A stretch of 62,514 bases of DNA, the filler included. It is 3 parts of 3 records of this genome, joined end to end, with 100 filler letters (N's around TTAATTAATTAA, not from the genome) between each part and the next. Parts side by side here need not be neighbours in the genome. Positions count along the whole stretch, not along the records: positions 50,878 to 62,514 come from SRR31156797_4430; 2 more parts are not named here. One strand, given 5' to 3'. Below the pieces are notes generated by a model. That model was not told the origin of the DNA. It saw only the letters and a program-made list of their open reading frames with translations, and ran no database searches. Position numbers and translations under genes: made by a program. Below are positions 56,635 through 62,514 of this stretch, piece by piece (the stretch's first letter is position 1; each line of letters begins with the position of its first letter).

Positions 56635-57669
56635 TTATATTTTAACGGTTTCTGTGGATTTAATTTGTTGATTAAATTTAATTTTACCTCTATAGATCTC
56701 TTTAACAATATCTTCCATTTTTTCTTCTTGAATCTTTACATCTTTGATATCATAGTTTTTTACTGCAAGATTTATGATGTCAGATACATTAGTTAAATTG
56801 TGATTAAATCGTATATTTAACTTCACTTCACTTTCATCAATAATTAAGTTATTTTTATCAATATTTAAAAACTTATTAAAATCGAAACCTATATTATTTT
56901 TGATATCAAACTCTACGACTTTGTAATGATTATACTTATTTTTAAGTTCGCTTATTTTTCCATCATAAAGCTTTTCTCCATTATCAATTAATATAATTCT
57001 ATTACATACTTCTTCAATGTCATCAAGATCATGTGTTGTAAGAATTATAGTAGTATCTCTTTCTTTGTTTATCTCTTTAATTGCTTTTCTGATTCTTTCT
57101 TTAACAAGTACGTCTAATCCTATCGTTGGCTCATCCAGAAATAAAACCTTTGGATCATGTAAAAGAGAAGCTGCAAAGTCAGCTCTCATTTTTTGCCCCA
57201 AGCTTAAATTCCTTACAGGTGTTAAAAAAAAATCTTTGATTTCAAGAATCTCCTTGAAAAATTCTAAATTTTCCTGAAATCTAGCTTTTGGGATATCATA
57301 AATTTTTTGTAAAATATTGAAAGATTCAGAAACCGGCAGATCCCACCAAAGTTGGGTTCTCTGTCCAAATACCACTCCAATATTTTGTGCATTAACTCTT
57401 CTATTTTCATATGGAACGATACCGTTGATTGTACAACTTCCTGATGTAGGCACAAGTATTCCTGTCATCATCTTAATTGTAGTCGATTTACCGGCTCCAT
57501 TAACACCGATATACCCAACAAGTTCACCTTTATCAATAGAAAAATTCATATTGTTTACAGCTTTTTTTATTGTATATTCATTTGAAAAGAGTGATTTTAC
57601 AGCACCAGTGAATCCTTCATGTTTTTTATTTATTTTAAACTCTTTTGAAAGGTTTTTAACTTCTATCAT
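56635..57669 (-). CDS. ABC-2 type exporter ATP-binding protein (COG4586-like)
   Basis: GVNGAGKST, VFGQRTQLWWDLP, LSLGQKMR, FLDEPTIGLD. Confidence 0.92.
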   Translation of the reverse strand: MIEVKNLSKEFKINKKHEGFTGAVKSLFSNEYTIKKAVNNMNFSIDKGELVGYIGVNGAGKSTTIKMMTGILVPTSGSCTINGIVPYENRRVNAQNIGVVFGQRTQLWWDLPVSESFNILQKIYDIPKARFQENLEFFKEILEIKDFFLTPVRNLSLGQKMRADFAASLLHDPKVLFLDEPTIGLDVLVKERIRKAIKEINKERDTTIILTTHDLDDIEEVCNRIILIDNGEKLYDGKISELKNKYNHYKVVEFDIKNNIGFDFNKFLNIDKNNLIIDESEVKLNIRFNHNLTNVSDIINLAVKNYDIKDVKIQEEKMEDIVKEIYRGKIKFNQQIKSTETVKI

Positions 57670-57682
57670 ATTTCCTCCTTGG

Positions 57683-58513
57683 TTAAGTTCCTGTAGCTTC
57701 GTATCTTTTTAATCCTTTACTCCACACAAATTGACTGAAGAGGAAGATAGCGATAGCTATACTGACAGTGAAAATAAGTATGGAATTTTTACTTGTAAGA
57801 TTAACAAATGGTATTGGCGATATTGTAGAAATATCACGAATAAAATATACCATAGGCAGATAACTTACCACTGCAAAAGGTAGTATATAAACCAGTATGA
57901 ATTTTACAAGTCTGCTTCTATAAATATCAAGCGGGTATTTAGTAAAACTATTCATTTCATAAGTTAAACTCATCAATTCACCACTTGAAATCGTCCAAAA
58001 TGCAACTGCTGAGAATATGAGTTTAATTGAAAAATAGATTACTAATCCAGATATTAGAAAAACAAAAAAAGCCAAGTTGTCCGAAATACTAAATTTCAAT
58101 CCAAGATTATTTTTGGCTACTAAGAATATAAAAATTCCCAGTATTAATTCTCCAAATCCGTCAAAATTGAATTTTTCAAAAACAATATGTTGAATAATGT
58201 TAATTGGACGAATTAAATATTTCGAAAATTCTCCGTTTCTAATTAAGCTCCAACCGACATTCCATATTCTATCATTATAAATATGATCAATCCCTCTTAA
58301 AATCTGGGAATAACCATAGAAAAATAATATCTCGTTAAAATTGTAAGTCTCAAGAGTTTTAATTTGTGTAAATACAGCAAATAGAATCATAAAAGTAGCA
58401 ATTTGCTCGAAACCGATTCCAATTACTCCCATTAGAAAATCAACTTTATACTCCATAAGACTCTTTAATTGTTGTTTAATAAATGCTATATATATTTGAA
58501 AAAATTTAATCAT
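57683..58513 (-). CDS. ABC-2 family permease (DUF990-like)
   Basis: MEYKVDF, IRNGEFSKYLIRPIN, KYPLDIY, GLKRYEATGT. Confidence 0.88.
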   Translation of the reverse strand: MIKFFQIYIAFIKQQLKSLMEYKVDFLMGVIGIGFEQIATFMILFAVFTQIKTLETYNFNEILFFYGYSQILRGIDHIYNDRIWNVGWSLIRNGEFSKYLIRPINIIQHIVFEKFNFDGFGELILGIFIFLVAKNNLGLKFSISDNLAFFVFLISGLVIYFSIKLIFSAVAFWTISSGELMSLTYEMNSFTKYPLDIYRSRLVKFILVYILPFAVVSYLPMVYFIRDISTISPIPFVNLTSKNSILIFTVSIAIAIFLFSQFVWSKGLKRYEATGT

Positions 58514-58514
58514 T

Positions 58515-59399
58515 CTAACCTCCTTGAATTGAAACTTTATGCAGGGCTTTATTCCACATCATTGAAGTTACTGCATAAAAGAACAGTATCCAGAATAGTT
58601 GAACACCAATATGCAGTAAAATATTATTTGTCCCCACTATAAGTCCTGTATAAATTGCTGAAGGTGTGTAAAACATTGCTTGAAACGGCAATAAATAAGA
58701 TATATATGCAATTGCTAAGAATGTGTTTTCAATAAGCCATACAGGAATAAAATCAAAAGGAACATTTTTTATTCCTTCTCTACCTATTTTAAATAAAATT
58801 GGAAGAGCAATCAATTCTCCTGAAAATATTGATTTTAAGTGATTTCTTAATAGATGTAATCCCCATAAATTTGTAAGCCAAAATGAAAGAAGGCCTGCAA
58901 AATATACAAAAAGGAAAACAAGTACTGAGGCAAGTGCTAAGCTTATTATAAAAAATAAACTTCCCTGTAAAGTTGCTACTTTAAATGCACCAAGTGGGAT
59001 AATAACCAGTATAACTGGTATTAATTGTAAACTTCCCCCAATGAGTCCGCCAACATGTCTGGCAAAAACCATTTTTCTAAAGCTATATGGCTTTACCAGA
59101 TTCATAGCTATGTTTCCACTCATAACTTCTTCACCTATAAAAAAATCTTGAAAACATTCAGTAAACCTTCCTACAATTAATCCTATTCCTATGTAGGAAA
59201 TATAACGATTTAAAGATATATCATATAAACTTCCGTTGTTACTATTAAATATTGCTTTCCATAAGAAAACTTGGATAAACATGAATATAATCGAATAGAC
59301 TGACCATATTAAAGCTCTGAATTTATATGCAAATTCCTCTTTTATTGAGTTTGAGATAAATCCCGAATATTTGTCAAATTCCTTAAGTATTTTATTCAT
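58515..59399 (-). CDS. ABC-2 family permease (DUF990-like)
   Basis: SGNIAMNLVKP, FSGELIAL, LPFQAMFYTP, VSIQGG terminus. Confidence 0.88.
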   Translation of the reverse strand: MNKILKEFDKYSGFISNSIKEEFAYKFRALIWSVYSIIFMFIQVFLWKAIFNSNNGSLYDISLNRYISYIGIGLIVGRFTECFQDFFIGEEVMSGNIAMNLVKPYSFRKMVFARHVGGLIGGSLQLIPVILVIIPLGAFKVATLQGSLFFIISLALASVLVFLFVYFAGLLSFWLTNLWGLHLLRNHLKSIFSGELIALPILFKIGREGIKNVPFDFIPVWLIENTFLAIAYISYLLPFQAMFYTPSAIYTGLIVGTNNILLHIGVQLFWILFFYAVTSMMWNKALHKVSIQGG

Positions 59400-59420
59400 C
59401 TGCCCTCCTAATGTATTAAT

Positions 59421-61322
59421 TTATATTTCATTTGCAGAGACGAGCATGTCTTCCCATTTGTAATACATTTCATTTAACTCTTTTTCTATATTTTCTTTTT
59501 TAGAATAGAGTTTAGTTAATGTGATAGAATCACTTGAATTATTTATCATTTCCTTTTCGAGATTATCAAGATTAATTTCAAGTTCCTCTATCTTTGATTC
59601 AAGTTCCTTAAATTTATATTTATTTATACTTTTCCTTTGAGTTTTATTCTTTTGATTATTCTGATGAGAAACAGTAATGTTATCTACAGTAAAACTATTA
59701 TCTTGATGACTAGTTTTATGCTCAAGATAATAGTCATAGTTACCATCATAAAACTTTAACTCACCATCATTAAGTTCATATACCTGATTAACAGTTTTAT
59801 TAATAAAATATCTATCATGAGATACCATTAATACTGTACCAGTATAATCATTAAGTGCTGCTTCCAGAATATCTCTTGACGCAATATCCAGATGGTTAGT
59901 TGGTTCATCAAGTACCAGAAAATTTGACTTGTTATTAGTTAGTTCACAAAGTCTTAATTTTAATTTTTCACCACCACTAAGCTCACTAAGCTTTTTAAAA
60001 ACATCATTTCCGAAAAACAGAAACTTTGCTAATATTCTTCTGGCACTATCTTCACCTATTTCAAGTGCTCTGGAAAGATAGTATAAAACACTCTGATCAT
60101 TGGAATCACCAAAGTCAACTTTCTGACTGATATACATAGGTTTGCATTTATCATGAAGTTTAATGCTTCCACTGTCCTCTTTTAACTTATCAGTAATTAT
60201 ATTTAGCAGAGTACTTTTACCCGAACCATTTTTTCCAATAATTACAGCTTTTTCATTCTGGATTAAATCAAGATGAATATTCGATAAAATAGGATTATTA
60301 TTAAAACTTTTAGATAAATTATCAATCTTCAATACTCTTTTTCCAAATCTTTCATCTTTGTTAAAGCTCATTTTCATGCTTTTATCATGAAGTTTTGGCT
60401 TATCTATTTTATCCATTCGTTCCATTTTTTTACGCATATCTTCCGCACGAATGAAAGCTTTATCACTACCATTATTACCCCATACTCTGAACCTTATAAT
60501 GGCTTCTTCCATTGATTTGATTTTCTTTTGTTGAGCGTTATAAATAATTAATTGCCTTTCTATCCATTCTCTTTTTTCCTCTACATATGATGAATAGTTA
60601 CCGATGTAATCTTTAGTTTTTAAATCCTCTATTTCAATGACTTTGTTAATTACATTATCAAGAAAGTATCTATCATGTGACACTACTATTATAGTCCCGG
60701 GATACTCTCTAAAGAACTTCTCAAGCCATGTAATTGATTCTAAATCCAAATGGTTAGTTGGTTCATCAAGTAATAACAAGTCAGGTTGTTGAATTAATGC
60801 TTTCGCCAGTGTAACTTTAACTTTTTGTCCACCACTTAATTCATTGATATTTTGACTAAGCAGATTAGGATCAATCTTTATCCCCTGACAAACTCTGTTG
60901 AATTTTTCATCAGTAGTATAACCACCGGCTAATTCATATATTTCTTGTAATTTTCCATATTCCTCAAGTACTTCTTCCAGGTTATCTCCTGCGAAATTTG
61001 CAAGCTGCTTTTCATATTGACTCATCATCTGAGTTAATTTAGTAAGTTCTTTAAAACCTGAGTAGATATACTCCTTTACATTAAGAGTACTTTCGGCAAT
61101 CTCTTGCTCCATATAACCTATACTCAGAGCTTTTCTGGAAATAATATTTCCTTCCTCGTATTCTTCAATACCTGCAATTAGTTTGAATATAGTTGTTTTA
61201 CCGGAACCGTTTTTACCGATTAAACCTATCCTTTCACCAAATTTAACTTCAAATGAGACATCATCAAGGATAAGCTCTGCACCGTAATATTTTTTAACTT
61301 TATGAAATGCTAATTCTATCAT
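59421..61322 (-). CDS. ABC-F ribosome-associated ATPase (ribosomal-protection-like)
   Basis: Two NBDs (GKNGSGKT / LSGG / LDEPTNHLD twice), no TM, interdomain linker, C-terminal coiled coil. Confidence 0.93.
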   Translation of the reverse strand: MIELAFHKVKKYYGAELILDDVSFEVKFGERIGLIGKNGSGKTTIFKLIAGIEEYEEGNIISRKALSIGYMEQEIAESTLNVKEYIYSGFKELTKLTQMMSQYEKQLANFAGDNLEEVLEEYGKLQEIYELAGGYTTDEKFNRVCQGIKIDPNLLSQNINELSGGQKVKVTLAKALIQQPDLLLLDEPTNHLDLESITWLEKFFREYPGTIIVVSHDRYFLDNVINKVIEIEDLKTKDYIGNYSSYVEEKREWIERQLIIYNAQQKKIKSMEEAIIRFRVWGNNGSDKAFIRAEDMRKKMERMDKIDKPKLHDKSMKMSFNKDERFGKRVLKIDNLSKSFNNNPILSNIHLDLIQNEKAVIIGKNGSGKSTLLNIITDKLKEDSGSIKLHDKCKPMYISQKVDFGDSNDQSVLYYLSRALEIGEDSARRILAKFLFFGNDVFKKLSELSGGEKLKLRLCELTNNKSNFLVLDEPTNHLDIASRDILEAALNDYTGTVLMVSHDRYFINKTVNQVYELNDGELKFYDGNYDYYLEHKTSHQDNSFTVDNITVSHQNNQKNKTQRKSINKYKFKELESKIEELEINLDNLEKEMINNSSDSITLTKLYSKKENIEKELNEMYYKWEDMLVSANEI

Positions 61323-61387
61323 CTGTTATCACCGGCTTTATAGTTTATAAAATGTTTAATTGTTTTATCTTTATTACTTTTACTCAT
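61319..61387 (-). CDS. 22-aa leader peptide coupled to the ABC-F gene
   Basis: AAAGGAGA RBS, MSKSNKDKTIKHFINYKAGDNR*; its TGA overlaps the ABC-F ATG (ATGA). Confidence 0.65.
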   Translation of the reverse strand: MSKSNKDKTIKHFINYKAGDNR

Positions 61388-61401
61388 TAATATTCTCCTT
61401 T

Positions 61402-61510
61402 GTTTATGATTGTGTTATATAATATTAATTTATATTGCTATTCAATCTTCCTGCAATATAAGATGTTTAAATCATAAACTAAATACGCAATTACATCGTC
61501 CTCGCCCCTT
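61402..61510 (-). promoter_or_regulatory. Structured leader / putative attenuator with mini-uORFs
   Basis: Nested stems GUUUAUGAUU/AAUCAUAAAC and UUAUAUUGC/GCAAUAUAA; SD-like AAGGGGCGAGGA followed by AUG-UAA, UUG-CGU-AUU-UAG, AUG-AUU-UAA. Confidence 0.55.
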
Positions 61511-61532
61511 TATAATTATTTTATTTAAATCA

Positions 61533-62411
61533 TTATGCATGATAAGTTGTTGGAAATAGATGCTCGCTGCAATCAAAATCCCCTTTGATTAAAAGAAGAC
61601 TATCATTTGATACTGTATCAAAATTTTCTTTTATTAACTTTATATCCTCACTATTTATATCAAATTCAAAGTTTAATTTTGTGGTATTTTGATCAACGAT
61701 ACTTTCAAAGACTTCTCTATATGAAATATGTTTAGTAGAGATTAGATCTTTTACGTGTATTGTAGAATCGTCTTTTGAATATATAATTATTGTTTCTTGC
61801 TCCTCATCTATATATGTTTCGTTGCTAAAAGCAAAAATTATATAGAAATACAGAATAGTATGAGCCTCGCTAAAATATAGAGAATCATTATTGACTACTC
61901 TATTTTCAGCGATTTTAACTAAAAGTTCAATATCATGTTGATTATTGATATCAAATTTTCTAAAATTAAATTTATTCTTTATTTCAAATTTTTCTTCGCT
62001 TGATATAGTTTTTCTTGATTTGGATTCAAATCCGAATTGAGAGTAATACTTAAACATATCAACACCGGAAAATAGGAATATTGCATCTGCATCTTTATAT
62101 AGTTCCATTGCATAATCCATTAATAGTTTGCAATACCCTTTTTTTCTATGTTTTTCATCTGTCATAACAGTACCGATTTGAATGATGTTTTTAGTTTTAC
62201 CATTATAGTTTACAGTCATTTCTGTTGTTGAAACATTTGCAACAACTTGATTTTCTATAATAATAGAATGGCATTTGTAATTATTAAGCCATAAGCCTTT
62301 TTGATACCATTCTTCGAAATCCAAACCAAATGTTTTTTTACTTAATTCTATCAAGCTTCTTCGAAGCTCATTATTATGTTTATAGTTTGACACAATTTTA
62401 TATTTATTCAT
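61533..62411 (-). CDS. GNAT family N-acetyltransferase
   Basis: VVANVS, IQIGTVMTDEKHRKKGY motif A, YYSQFGF. Confidence 0.88.
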   Translation of the reverse strand: MNKYKIVSNYKHNNELRRSLIELSKKTFGLDFEEWYQKGLWLNNYKCHSIIIENQVVANVSTTEMTVNYNGKTKNIIQIGTVMTDEKHRKKGYCKLLMDYAMELYKDADAIFLFSGVDMFKYYSQFGFESKSRKTISSEEKFEIKNKFNFRKFDINNQHDIELLVKIAENRVVNNDSLYFSEAHTILYFYIIFAFSNETYIDEEQETIIIYSKDDSTIHVKDLISTKHISYREVFESIVDQNTTKLNFEFDINSEDIKLIKENFDTVSNDSLLLIKGDFDCSEHLFPTTYHA

Positions 62412-62455
62412 TATTTTATCTCCAGTATTTTAGTTTTTTTGAATTGTTATGAAAT

Positions 62456-62483
62456 TTAAATATAATACATTGGTCATCTCCTT
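62456..62483 (-). promoter_or_regulatory. Short uORF MYYI* with strong SD upstream of the GNAT
   Basis: AAGGAG-N7-ATG TAT TAT ATT TAA (62470-62456). Confidence 0.5.
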
Positions 62484-62514
62484 ATATTTAGAATCGGGTT
62501 TATATCAATAAACC

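Noticed and set aside
62430-62477. 15-aa ORF MTNVLYLNFITIQKN as the GNAT leader
   Set aside because: Its ATG directly abuts the AAGGAG SD; the MYYI start has proper 7-nt spacing

Overview
The window is not one locus. It is three unrelated contigs joined by artificial 100-nt spacers (44 N + TTAATTAATTAA + 44 N) at 21248-21347 and 50778-50877. Contig A (1-21247, GC-rich, probably Desulfobacterota-like) carries a Liv-type ABC importer, an acyl-CoA synthetase with an XRE-cupin regulator, a methyltransferase and an LpqC-like esterase. It also holds an eroding photolyase/YbjT/YbgA neighbourhood with three gene remnants, an unannotated 50-aa gene with a perfect sigma70 promoter, operator and terminator, a ferric-reductase/cytochrome c pair, a cytoplasmic molybdopterin enzyme and a divergent L7Ae/YlxQ-like protein. 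Contig B (21348-50777, AT-rich, Bacteroidota, TAnnTTTG promoters) carries def, ruvX, gldF/gldG, dnaN, purH and a truncated mreB. Its signalling-rich accessory set comprises two TPR-SpoIIE phosphatases, a SiaB/SiaC pair, a cNMP-histidine kinase, a cNMP-domain/aspartase fusion and a candidate sRNA. Contig C (50878-62514, very AT-rich, strong Shine-Dalgarno use) is a nine-gene minus-strand cluster of resistance-type families: 2 GNATs, an ABC-F, an ABC-2 exporter, a heterodimeric ABC exporter and a serine hydrolase. Short uORFs and a nested, switchable RNA hairpin upstream of the ABC-F look like an undescribed ribosome-sensing attenuator. No rRNA, tRNA, CRISPR array or intact transposase was seen. 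All family assignments come from motif recognition by eye, not from database searches.
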